Shown: positions 9,579-18,419, counted from the stretch's first letter. The stretch: 64,000 nucleotides of DNA from Lachnospiraceae bacterium (GCA_017624855.1 JAGAMF010000002.1:67866-131865); one strand, 5' to 3'. Notes: generated from the sequence alone by a model not told the origin. Made by a program: numbers and translations.

Positions 9579-10598
9579 TTAACCTGCGTAAGACATATAT
9601 TCAAAATATTCGCTTTCTGACACTCCGTTGATTACAACATTGCCATACTCTCCGGCTCTTTCATATGAAATGATTCCTTCTTTACCGGTTCCGACTACTG
9701 TAAAGTACATTTCATTTTCGTTATTGGTTCCGGTTATAAGAATTTGCGTTCCGGGCTGAAGGTTTTCGTAACCATCTTTAGTACAAACAGGCAATTCTTT
9801 GATTATTGTAAGAGTATGGCGTTCCACATTATAACTTGAATCAATGGCAAATACGCTTCCCTTTGTTAAAAAATCACCGTTATCATCCAATACATAATCC
9901 ATACTTGCCCAATATGTACCCATTACATTAATGGTTACTTCGGTACTAAATATCCCGGAATTGGGCTCATATGACAAAATACGCACATTTTCTTTGGTAA
10001 CACAGTATGTGGGAACATCATCGCTGACCTCATAAACTTCCGTCACATAGTCAGCGGACATCTCATCATAACTGATTACCAGGTATACTCTGTCTATATC
10101 CTTAAGATGTACAACATAAGCTTTTTCTACACGCGCCCAATCATTATCCAGCTTGGAAATAAAAGAAAAATCTACCACTTCGGGATTTAATTCAATACTG
10201 TGAATATTATCATAAGAAGTCAAATGATTTGTAATAAGCTCCTTAAACACGCCATAAGAATCCTTAGGTTTCTGCACGGTATCGCTATTTGTTGTTGTCT
10301 GTTCGGCTGTTGCGCTCTGCTCTTCATTATTTTCCTGCACATCGGCAGCCGTATTCTCAAGCACGGGCTCTTTTGGAGAATCCGACTCATCCTGTATCAC
10401 AGTCGAACTTCCCGGATTATCAAAACTTACATTTACGCTTCCGTCTTCCTCTACATTAATGTTATCCAAAGAAACGCCATCCACTTCCACACTAATATTC
10501 GACAAATCCTCAGAAGGTGTAATGGTCACTGTAATTGGATTACATCCCACCAAAGTCAAACATGACAACAATAACGAAGTTACTAAAATTCTTTTCAT
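9579..10598 (-). CDS. Acidic lipoprotein of unknown function (shared 'domain B')
   Basis: MKRILVTSLLLSCLTLVGC lipobox; D/E/S-rich linker; the C-terminal domain resembles segments of the 15536, 17595 and 10845 lipoproteins; own promoter and terminator. Confidence 0.85.
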   Translation of the reverse strand: MKRILVTSLLLSCLTLVGCNPITVTITPSEDLSNISVEVDGVSLDNINVEEDGSVNVSFDNPGSSTVIQDESDSPKEPVLENTAADVQENNEEQSATAEQTTTNSDTVQKPKDSYGVFKELITNHLTSYDNIHSIELNPEVVDFSFISKLDNDWARVEKAYVVHLKDIDRVYLVISYDEMSADYVTEVYEVSDDVPTYCVTKENVRILSYEPNSGIFSTEVTINVMGTYWASMDYVLDDNGDFLTKGSVFAIDSSYNVERHTLTIIKELPVCTKDGYENLQPGTQILITGTNNENEMYFTVVGTGKEGIISYERAGEYGNVVINGVSESEYFEYMSYAG

Positions 10599-10710
10599 AA
10601 GAATCCCCTTTCACACTTTTAAACTTATCCTTTCACACATGCAAGCAGCTAGTTCGTATTTATTTACTACTTACATTTTGTATAATAGTATCTTTTTGCT
10701 ACTTTGTCAA
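10599..10710 (-). promoter_or_regulatory. sigmaA promoter plus conserved structured leader, copy 1
   Basis: TTGACA (10710-10705)-N17-TATTAT (10687-10682); leader stem AUGUAAGUAGU/GCUGCUUGCAU; then two GUGUGAAAGG motifs, the second overlapping the RBS. Paralogous to 18300-18419. Confidence 0.75.
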
Positions 10711-10762
10711 TGCTTTTTTCAAAAAAACATAATAAATATATTTTCGATAAAAATACACCTAT

Positions 10763-10806
10763 AAAAAATCCCCTTTTACAAATCCTATTATTCGTAAAAA
10801 GGGGAT
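10763..10806 (-). terminator. Intrinsic terminator of the five-gene lipoprotein operon
   Basis: Minus strand ATCCCCTTTTTAC...GTAAAAGGGGATTTTTT, about 40 nt after the 10845 stop. Confidence 0.75.
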
Positions 10807-10844
10807 CAATCATTTAATATTATATAACTCGCCCAAACTGAATA

Positions 10845-12326
10845 CTAATTCTCAACCAATTCGCCGTTTTCATTCAAAATGCGCTCCTCTTCCTTCCACC
10901 GAGAATCGCTTTCTGCGTCTTCCTGATACACTTTTACCGTGAAAACCCGATTTTCGTAATCATACTCATCCAACAGATATTCCGTATGATAATCGGTTTG
11001 CTCCGGCATCTCTCCGGTAATATCGTACACTGCCGTTCTATGATATGTTTCATCAATGTTCTCGTAATTCTCCGTATAACTTAATACCATGTACAACTTA
11101 CCGTCTTCCGTCTTAATAACCCATGCATTGGTAAAAACAAGACCTGTTAAATCTCCGCCGGTTAAGAAACAGTAATCCTGCTCCACATAATTTCCCAAGA
11201 ACATTGCTTCACTGTCCTTAAAATAATTATGCTCTGCCTTAAAATTTTCCAAAGCCTCCATTTTCTCGATTTCCCACACATAAGTAGGCTCCGGCATCTC
11301 GGTGGCACCTTCCACATTGCTGTACAATTTATACTCCGGTCCCCAAAGCAGGCAATACAAATCTTCGTTTTCACAACTCAAAATCACATATTGACTGTAA
11401 CCGGCAACTCCGTAAACGATTCCGTAATATTCCGTGGCGGCGGTACCGTCATCCATAACACACTCTTCTACGGTAACCGCGCCGTACTCCGTGGTATTCA
11501 CAAATACATCTTCGTACGCTTCGTCACCCACCAGAGTACGAATTTGCTCCAATTGCGCCGTGGTATAGGTTTCGGTCAGAATATCCGCGTTGGTATACAC
11601 CGGCTCCCCTTTCACAAACTCACCGGTTGGAGTAGCATTCATACTAAAATATCCCAATGCTCCACCGGCACCGGTAGCATAGATTAACATTTCATCTCCC
11701 ACTCGTCTAAATGCAATATATTCATAGGGCGACCAATATTTATTATAGATTTCATCATCTTCATCGCCCAAATACTCTTGGGGTATTTCATACAAAGCCA
11801 AATCTTCCGTAACAAAGTAGGCTCTCTCATTCATAATATCCCCCGTATGGGCAAACCAGAAAAAGATGCCGTTTACATCAAATCCGTATTCGTCCTGGTT
11901 GGTAATGGTTACCTTACCGCTGTAATATGTAGGCACATTGGTTCGATTCCATTCTCCCGTAAAATCCAAAGCATTCTCCTGAGGTGTTCTTGCCTTATAT
12001 AAAGCCATTCCCACTTCCTCTTCAAAATACAGGCTTTCTCTTGTTTTAGGGTCATCTACAACCGCAAGCGCTTCCTCAAAGGTCATGTCAGGCAAAACCG
12101 CCTCTTCACCTGCTGCCGACAATTCTGTCTCACCATTGTCCTCCTGCACTTCCATATTTTCGGATTCACTTTCCCCATCGATCCCTGCCATATCGGTACT
12201 GCTCTCACTTTCAATAGAGTTCGCGCCGTCTTCCGGCATTACTGTACCGGAATCGCTACAACCAATCATGGCTGCAACAAGTACCAAAATCCCAAGAATA
12301 CTTATCCACTTTGCTGCCTTACGCAT
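10845..12326 (-). CDS. Acidic lipoprotein: one 'domain A' plus a partial 'domain B'
   Basis: Start MRKAAKW after AAAGGAG; lipobox AAMIGC; contains DFTGEWNRT...ITNQDEYGFDV...CENEDLYC...NVEGATEMPE, shared with the 13666 gene. Confidence 0.85.
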   Translation of the reverse strand: MRKAAKWISILGILVLVAAMIGCSDSGTVMPEDGANSIESESSTDMAGIDGESESENMEVQEDNGETELSAAGEEAVLPDMTFEEALAVVDDPKTRESLYFEEEVGMALYKARTPQENALDFTGEWNRTNVPTYYSGKVTITNQDEYGFDVNGIFFWFAHTGDIMNERAYFVTEDLALYEIPQEYLGDEDDEIYNKYWSPYEYIAFRRVGDEMLIYATGAGGALGYFSMNATPTGEFVKGEPVYTNADILTETYTTAQLEQIRTLVGDEAYEDVFVNTTEYGAVTVEECVMDDGTAATEYYGIVYGVAGYSQYVILSCENEDLYCLLWGPEYKLYSNVEGATEMPEPTYVWEIEKMEALENFKAEHNYFKDSEAMFLGNYVEQDYCFLTGGDLTGLVFTNAWVIKTEDGKLYMVLSYTENYENIDETYHRTAVYDITGEMPEQTDYHTEYLLDEYDYENRVFTVKVYQEDAESDSRWKEEERILNENGELVEN

Positions 12327-15140
12327 TCTTTTCTCTCCTTTTATGCTCAATACAAAAATCTCCGGCACTCTTAAAAAAACCAACTGTTTACGACGGTACA
12401 ATTTAAGAATTCCCTATAATCTTTCCACACCGTAACATCATCCAAATAATTTCCTTGCATGTCAAAACGCTCCGAAACGATTTCTCTGCCGTCTGCAGTT
12501 ACCAGAATATAATCCAATGCGGAATAATGATATTCCCCGTCACCGTCAGGAATGTAGGAATAGAGCCAAAATGCATAAAAGGCATCATTCTCTGATTTAC
12601 CCACATAAGTAAGACAGGTTTTTGGCTTTTCCGGAGAAGGATTGGAAGCATCAAAAACTTCCTCTGTATTATTCGCTCCAAACTGGCTCACCACATAACC
12701 CATGCCGGAATTTTCATCTGTCTTAATTCCGCCGGATGCAAGCATACCGTTGTTCTCCGGGTCAAAATAAGGCATCGCATCACAATATACGCTCACGCCC
12801 GCATCTTCCCCGTAATAGAATTCATATGCCACTTCCATTGCTTCCTTAGCCGTAATCAGATTCTCATCATCAATATCAACGCCCACATCCGCTCTTGTTT
12901 CGGTTAAATGCTCCTGCGCTTCTTCCAAACTGCAGTCCCGTCTGCTCACGATAAAAGCAAGCTTCCATCCGTCTTCTTTTACGGCAAGATACTCATACCG
13001 CTCGCCGGTAATACCCTCCGGCGCAATATCTGCAGGATAAGTTGCATACACGGAGAATCTGCATTCGTCACCTTCCACTTCTATATTCTCAATCTCATAG
13101 CTTTCCCAAGGGCACCCCATTCCGCCACCAAAGAGAGTCTCTCTCATATAAAAGACTCCATCCTTCTCATAATAGAGGGGAAAACCGTCGCAATATTCAT
13201 ACAAAAGATAATCTGCCTCTTCTTTTACATAAATACTTCTGATAAAAGTCTCGAACTCTTCAAAAGAAGCAAAATGTTCTGCCGGTACAACAGCTCTTCC
13301 GTTTTCGCCTTCCACATCCAAAGCAAGCAATCCATACTCATATACATTGGTTATACAGAAATAGTTGGCATCCACCAATGCACGGATTTCTTCCTCGGTA
13401 ATATCGGCCATAGAAGAATCCTGCTCTTCTGTATTTTCAATGTTATCGCTTAAACCCTCTGAATCCTGCTCATCTTCACTTATGGCAGGTTCCACAGACA
13501 CAACTTCACTGCTTACACCCGGTTCTTCATTCACAACCTCTTGTTTATTGCATCCTGCCAATGAGAGCATACACATTGTCAATAATATAAAATAAAAGTT
13601 CTTTTTCATCCCTTTTATCTCCCTTTTAAAACTTAGTAATAAAACAATTTCGCCGGTAGACAAAATTAATACCACATAATCCGATATTCCGGCATTTCTT
13701 TCGCGTCGGATACATTGGTATACCAATTACACTCATTTCCCACTTCACAATAGATATCACCGTTTTCACAGATTAACATTCTAAAATTACAGTAGCCCAT
13801 AGTAGGAAACCATCCGTCATAAAACACAGCCCTGGTTCCGTCAGACAATTCACAGGTCCAATCATCCACCACACCGTAATTTACCACATCTTCAAAATAC
13901 ATCTCATAGTCATCCCCGAGAAGTTTCTTAATCTCAGCCTGCTCTGTCTTGGTAAAATGCTCATTCATATATTCGGCATTGGTATATTCCGGTTCTCCCA
14001 AAGTATACGCACCATCCATGGAACATCCTGCCCCGAAAGGAAAGGTGCTATCCACGGACTCCGCCACATATACATTCATTCCCGCTTCCGTCCGCTCCAT
14101 TACCAGATAACAGCCATCGTATTCATAGATTGCAACGGTGTCCGTAATGAAATACGCCCGGCCGTCCTCTAAGAGGCCTCCATGTGAGAAATATCCCACA
14201 CCACCGCTCACATCAAAGCCTTCTTCATCCTGATTACTGATATCAATATAGGCCGGCAAACCGTTATGCACATCCGTCCGTTCCCATTCTCCCGTAAAAT
14301 CCGCAGCACCTTTTACCGGTCCGTCAGGACGGCCGTTCCATAGCTCATCTCCCAATTCGGCATCAAACCAGCCACTGCCTGACTGTATTTGGGCAATGAT
14401 TTTTTCCTGTTCCGTGGCCTTCGCGTTTTCATATTCAGGGAAATCCACTGCGCCTTCCACATTGGTAAAAAATACAGGGTTTAACAAACAGACTTTACAG
14501 TACAAATCGCCATTGGCACATTTTATCAGCTCAAAATCCCAAAAATTCGATACATAACTACCTTTATAGAATAAGGCATCCCTTCCGTCATCCAATATCA
14601 CCTTCGTTACATCCAAAGTACCATATCTGACAGACTGATAAAAGTAATTCTCATAGTAATCATCTCCAAGAAGCGTTCGAATATCTGCCAATTCCTGTTT
14701 TGTAAAATTGTCCTCTACCCTTGTAGTATTGGTATACTCCGGATCTTCCCTGGTATACGCCCCTACAATGGTTGTAATATATTCCGTATATTCCGATTCT
14801 AACATCATACCGGTAGCATAGATATTCATCCCCTCCGGTATCCGCTCAAAAATAATATATCCGGTCTTCCCCTCACAAGGAGCAAATTCGCAGATTGCCA
14901 AATCATATCTTAAAAAATAAGCCTTAAGCTCCGCCTCGAAACAATCGCTGTAATCCAAGATATATCCGGACACATCAAACCCTTCCGTTGTCTGATTGGT
15001 AATCTCCAATTTCGCGGCCATACCGCTGTCAACTCCGGTACGATTCCATGTTCCTTCAAAATTCACCCACACAGAGCTGTTATCCGCTTCACCGCGCATG
15101 GCATACAACTCACTTCCCAACGCCTCATCGAAATAAAAGC
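11288..15140 (-). repeat. Three copies of a ~240-aa protein domain ('domain A') across two lipoproteins (about 11288-12030, 13680-14370, 14428-15140)
   Basis: Colinear conserved motifs F-D/E-x-E/A-x-G-x-x-L, (D/N)F(T/E)G(E/T)W(N/E)RT, I(T/S)NQxxxGFDV, P(V/E)YTN, I(R/K)xLxGDx-Y, DGxxAxxY, C(E/A)NxD(L/I)YC, NVxxAxx(M/F)PE. The 19-mer ccattctcccgtaaaatcc is identical at 11949-11967 and 14284-14302. Confidence 0.85.
12371..13609 (-). CDS. Acidic lipoprotein with an IseA (DL-endopeptidase inhibitor)-like domain
   Basis: Start MKKNFY; lipobox LSLAGC. The segment FASFEEFETFIRSIYVKEEADYLL...YYEKDGVFYM...GGGMGCPWESYEI...FSVYATY...YEYLAVKEDGWKL resembles the IseA family pattern by eye. The CDS is solid; the family call is tentative. 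Confidence 0.65.
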   Translation of the reverse strand: MKKNFYFILLTMCMLSLAGCNKQEVVNEEPGVSSEVVSVEPAISEDEQDSEGLSDNIENTEEQDSSMADITEEEIRALVDANYFCITNVYEYGLLALDVEGENGRAVVPAEHFASFEEFETFIRSIYVKEEADYLLYEYCDGFPLYYEKDGVFYMRETLFGGGMGCPWESYEIENIEVEGDECRFSVYATYPADIAPEGITGERYEYLAVKEDGWKLAFIVSRRDCSLEEAQEHLTETRADVGVDIDDENLITAKEAMEVAYEFYYGEDAGVSVYCDAMPYFDPENNGMLASGGIKTDENSGMGYVVSQFGANNTEEVFDASNPSPEKPKTCLTYVGKSENDAFYAFWLYSYIPDGDGEYHYSALDYILVTADGREIVSERFDMQGNYLDDVTVWKDYREFLNCTVVNSWFF

Positions 15141-15534
15141 TTTTGGTATACACCGGCAAATCCGTATATGTATCATAGTTACAATCTCTGGCATCGGCAA
15201 TACCGTCCATGATTTCTATGATTTTTTCATCGTCGGTTAGTGCCACTTGGGCATCTTGCTCATCATCTGTTTCCTGGTCGGAATTCTGCTCATCGTCGGC
15301 ACTTGAAGCCGCTTCTCCACTCTCAGAATCCTCTGAAGAATACGCATCCGTTTCAGATATCGCCTCCCCCTCTTCAACATCTGCCAAGCTTCCATCTTCA
15401 TTCTCCGGACTTCCAAGATTTCCTTGAAAATGACTTTCAAGCATTTCCCACACTTCACCCAAGGGATTACAACCCGCCAATCCCGGCACACACAGACACA
15501 CCACAAACATCACTATATATTTTCTTATACGCAT
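13666..15534 (-). CDS. Acidic lipoprotein with two tandem 'domain A' copies
   Basis: Start MRIRKY immediately after the upstream stop (probable translational coupling); lipobox PGLAGC; internal duplication evident. Confidence 0.85.
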   Translation of the reverse strand: MRIRKYIVMFVVCLCVPGLAGCNPLGEVWEMLESHFQGNLGSPENEDGSLADVEEGEAISETDAYSSEDSESGEAASSADDEQNSDQETDDEQDAQVALTDDEKIIEIMDGIADARDCNYDTYTDLPVYTKSFYFDEALGSELYAMRGEADNSSVWVNFEGTWNRTGVDSGMAAKLEITNQTTEGFDVSGYILDYSDCFEAELKAYFLRYDLAICEFAPCEGKTGYIIFERIPEGMNIYATGMMLESEYTEYITTIVGAYTREDPEYTNTTRVEDNFTKQELADIRTLLGDDYYENYFYQSVRYGTLDVTKVILDDGRDALFYKGSYVSNFWDFELIKCANGDLYCKVCLLNPVFFTNVEGAVDFPEYENAKATEQEKIIAQIQSGSGWFDAELGDELWNGRPDGPVKGAADFTGEWERTDVHNGLPAYIDISNQDEEGFDVSGGVGYFSHGGLLEDGRAYFITDTVAIYEYDGCYLVMERTEAGMNVYVAESVDSTFPFGAGCSMDGAYTLGEPEYTNAEYMNEHFTKTEQAEIKKLLGDDYEMYFEDVVNYGVVDDWTCELSDGTRAVFYDGWFPTMGYCNFRMLICENGDIYCEVGNECNWYTNVSDAKEMPEYRIMWY

Positions 15535-15535
15535 T

Positions 15536-17578
15536 CTAGAATCTGACTGCCGCATTCCATTCTACCTCATCATCCATACGCTCTGCTTCCCAGAGTAAAA
15601 ATTCTTCATAACTTACTTCTTTACCGTCTATGCTGCCGTTAAATATCAAAATATCTTCTTTTCCTTCCGGACCTTCTTCATGGATTAACTCTTTTACAGC
15701 AACGGTTTTTGTACCAAACTTTCCGTTTCGGTAAGTAAGCTTGTGATAAGAGCTGCTGCCACCGCCGCTTCCTAAGTACATACCGTCCTCATACACGGCC
15801 TGCATACCCCGGACACTAAAATAAGTCAGATAGAATTCACCATCATCCTCTAAAAGCACCAAAACGCAGCTACCCATATCCCCACAACGCATCACAAGTT
15901 CATTTTGTCCGTCTCCCGTCATGTCCACAAAAGCAAATTCGGACAATAATGTCATGCCGTCCTCTTCGATTTCATCCAAAAGTTTTACTTCTTCCCCGTC
16001 CTGCGCACTCCAGGATACATGCACCGGCCTATTCGCACAGAAAACAGGATAAAAGCGTTGCATCTCATCCCACTCTTCTTCGCTTAAATCTTCGCTAATC
16101 ATCATGTAATTCCAGAACGGATGCACATCTTCCATTACATGAGCACCCACCTCTTCATTGGCAACATAAGTATCTTCCCGATATTTCACAAATTCTTTTC
16201 CGTCATAGCGGTAATAGCTGTAAATGTGAGTGACTGCATTGCTTCGACTGGTAGACATTATAATTTGTTTTTCCTCATCCACCCTGGGATTAAAAATACT
16301 GCCAAAAGATTTACATTCCACAAATTTGTTGCCGCTCGCAATATATCCGGTATATAACGCTGCTGCCTGATTACCGGTATAACAGTCAAACATAACAAGA
16401 TCATCTACACCATCAAAATTAATATCCCACTCATGAACTCTTGGAAAAGGATCCGCCATACTGTAGGATGTTTCCCACACTTCTTCGATGGTTTGCACCA
16501 AACGACTGCCGTCATATACGGAAATGACTCTTTTTTCATTCCATCCGTTCATTCTGTCACAATAATCTGTAATGTAATAGGTGTAGCGTTCGCCCTGCTC
16601 CACAACTTCACGAAGAACGGCAAATCCACCCTCTCCGGCTTCTTCCAGAGCTACCTTACGCTCCCACAGATTGGTTTCCCGATAATCGGAAACCAAACAT
16701 TCCTTAAAATACACACCGGCAGATTCGCCTCCGATATAACATCTTCCGCTCTCATCCTTCTCATAAAAGAGTTCGCCCCGTTCTCCGGTTTCTTCTATTT
16801 CAAAAACAATGCATCCCTGTAAATTTGTCTCCACCCTTTTTATGGAACTGCCAACCGGAATTACAGTCTCTTCTCCGGCAATGACAACCGGAATTTCTTT
16901 CTCCTCTGCGGTAATTGCTCCAAAGGATTTCTTCCATTCATCCGAACAAACAAGAGTACCCGTACTCTCATCCAAACCATAATTCGCATAAGTTCTTACC
17001 AGTCCGAGATCCAACTCCCACAACTCCATTTCTACGGTAGATGAGTCCACTATTTCTTCAATTCCGCCACCATAAATTGCTTGGCACAAGGTAAGCTCTT
17101 CCTCAGACACACCATAGAGAAGCACATGGTTGAGGGTAATCTGCTCATAATCCCACACTTCAAGAAGCACATAAAACTCCCCCTCCGAAGGTGATAACAC
17201 ATATCCGTCATAAAAGGTCCCGTAAGTTTCACCAAACACTAAGGCATCCTCTCCTTTTACGATGCGGTCATCCCTAATCTGTACTTTTAAATCATCGGTT
17301 AAAGTAACAATATCGTTCTCGTCTACTCTAACCCAACCGTCTTCTTCCAGGGTTGCTTCTTCCTCTTCCCCGGTTTCCGATGAACCTGCGTCTTCATCCG
17401 CAAGTGCTTCTGCTTCCACGATAGGCGAAACAATATCTTTGGCCCCAAACATTGATACACCGGTCATTACCGGTGACATTGTATTATCTGTATTTTCTTC
17501 TTCTGCTATCTGTCCACATCCCGCAATACTGATGCACAGGGTAAGGGTAAGCATAAATGCAAACAATTTTCTTTTCAT
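15536..17578 (-). CDS. Multidomain acidic lipoprotein: domain B, XAC2610-like domain and a DxxGDG-motif domain
   Basis: Start MKRKLF after GGGAGAG; lipobox ISIAGC. Central QTIEE...DINFDGVDDL...FNPRVDEEKQIIMSTSRSNAVTHIYSYYRYDGKEFV resembles XAC2610-related proteins; C-terminal FVDMTGDGQNELV is a Ca-binding-type motif. Confidence 0.7.
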   Translation of the reverse strand: MKRKLFAFMLTLTLCISIAGCGQIAEEENTDNTMSPVMTGVSMFGAKDIVSPIVEAEALADEDAGSSETGEEEEATLEEDGWVRVDENDIVTLTDDLKVQIRDDRIVKGEDALVFGETYGTFYDGYVLSPSEGEFYVLLEVWDYEQITLNHVLLYGVSEEELTLCQAIYGGGIEEIVDSSTVEMELWELDLGLVRTYANYGLDESTGTLVCSDEWKKSFGAITAEEKEIPVVIAGEETVIPVGSSIKRVETNLQGCIVFEIEETGERGELFYEKDESGRCYIGGESAGVYFKECLVSDYRETNLWERKVALEEAGEGGFAVLREVVEQGERYTYYITDYCDRMNGWNEKRVISVYDGSRLVQTIEEVWETSYSMADPFPRVHEWDINFDGVDDLVMFDCYTGNQAAALYTGYIASGNKFVECKSFGSIFNPRVDEEKQIIMSTSRSNAVTHIYSYYRYDGKEFVKYREDTYVANEEVGAHVMEDVHPFWNYMMISEDLSEEEWDEMQRFYPVFCANRPVHVSWSAQDGEEVKLLDEIEEDGMTLLSEFAFVDMTGDGQNELVMRCGDMGSCVLVLLEDDGEFYLTYFSVRGMQAVYEDGMYLGSGGGSSSYHKLTYRNGKFGTKTVAVKELIHEEGPEGKEDILIFNGSIDGKEVSYEEFLLWEAERMDDEVEWNAAVRF

Positions 17579-17594
17579 GGTTGCTCTCCCAATT

Positions 17595-18299
17595 CTAATA
17601 CTCATAATGTTCCGTCATATGACGGGTTACGGATTGCAACATATCATCATCGGTAATCTCATAGATTCCCGGCTTATACAAATAATCCGAAGCTGCATTT
17701 TCATACGCTTCTTCTTTGGTTTTCTCTGTTACAACCATACAATCGATATTATTTGCATCCGTTATCTTAGCAATGGTGCCACCCACAGGCTCCCCGCACT
17801 GTGTCACATTGCCTTCTTCCAGTTTAAAAAGCCAAATCTTTTCATTAAAATCGTAGCTTTCTCTTGTTCCCACAAGAAGATAGGAAAGCTTTCCGTCCCT
17901 TACATAGAACGCCTTATCCACTACAATTAAATCTCCGCTTAATACAGTTTCATTATTCCGCGCCCGCACCGTCACCTTATCATAAGGATATTCAAATTCA
18001 ATGCGGAGGACTTCGTCCTCATTCACGCAATAAGGTCTGTTAATCTCCAATTCTGTCACAGGTTCTTCACTTTCTGATAAAATCACCTGCGAATCTTCCC
18101 AATCCTCACTCTCTTCTTCTGCGCCGTCCTGCGGGGGAATCTCTTCCGATTCTTCATCAGATGTATTCTGTTCTTCCACCTGACTGCTCGTTTCAGATAT
18201 GGTTTCCGATACCATGTCTTCTTCCGATTCCAAAGCCTGCCCACAAGCCGACATCATCATGCACATGATTACTACCGCAAACAAACTCCTCTTTTTCAT
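17595..18299 (-). CDS. Acidic lipoprotein with a partial domain B; first gene of the operon
   Basis: Start MKKRSL after AAAGGGGA; lipobox MMSAC; E-rich linker; VDKAFYVRDGKLSYLLV...IWLFKL...QCGEPVGGTIAKI resembles the N-half of domain B. Confidence 0.85.
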   Translation of the reverse strand: MKKRSLFAVVIMCMMMSACGQALESEEDMVSETISETSSQVEEQNTSDEESEEIPPQDGAEEESEDWEDSQVILSESEEPVTELEINRPYCVNEDEVLRIEFEYPYDKVTVRARNNETVLSGDLIVVDKAFYVRDGKLSYLLVGTRESYDFNEKIWLFKLEEGNVTQCGEPVGGTIAKITDANNIDCMVVTEKTKEEAYENAASDYLYKPGIYEITDDDMLQSVTRHMTEHYEY

Positions 18300-18419
18300 A
18301 AAAGAAATTCCCCTTTCACACGACCTTTTATAAAACCTTTTACACATAGAAAGCAGCATGGTTAGTTTTGTATAGCTACTTTCTTCTTTTATATTAGTAT
18401 CGTTTTAATACTTTGTCAA
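18300..18419 (-). promoter_or_regulatory. sigmaA promoter plus conserved structured leader, copy 2
   Basis: TTGACA (18419-18414)-N17-TAATAT (18396-18391); stem AGAAAAGUAGC/GCUGCUUUCU; then AUGUGUAAAAGG...GUGUGAAAGGGGA (RBS). Colinear with 10599-10710. Confidence 0.75.

Noticed and set aside
9579-18299. Diversity-generating retroelement or invertase shufflon as the source of lipoprotein variation
   Set aside because: No reverse transcriptase or recombinase gene, no near-identical template/variable repeat pair and no inverted recombination sites were seen; the repeats are old, protein-level duplications.
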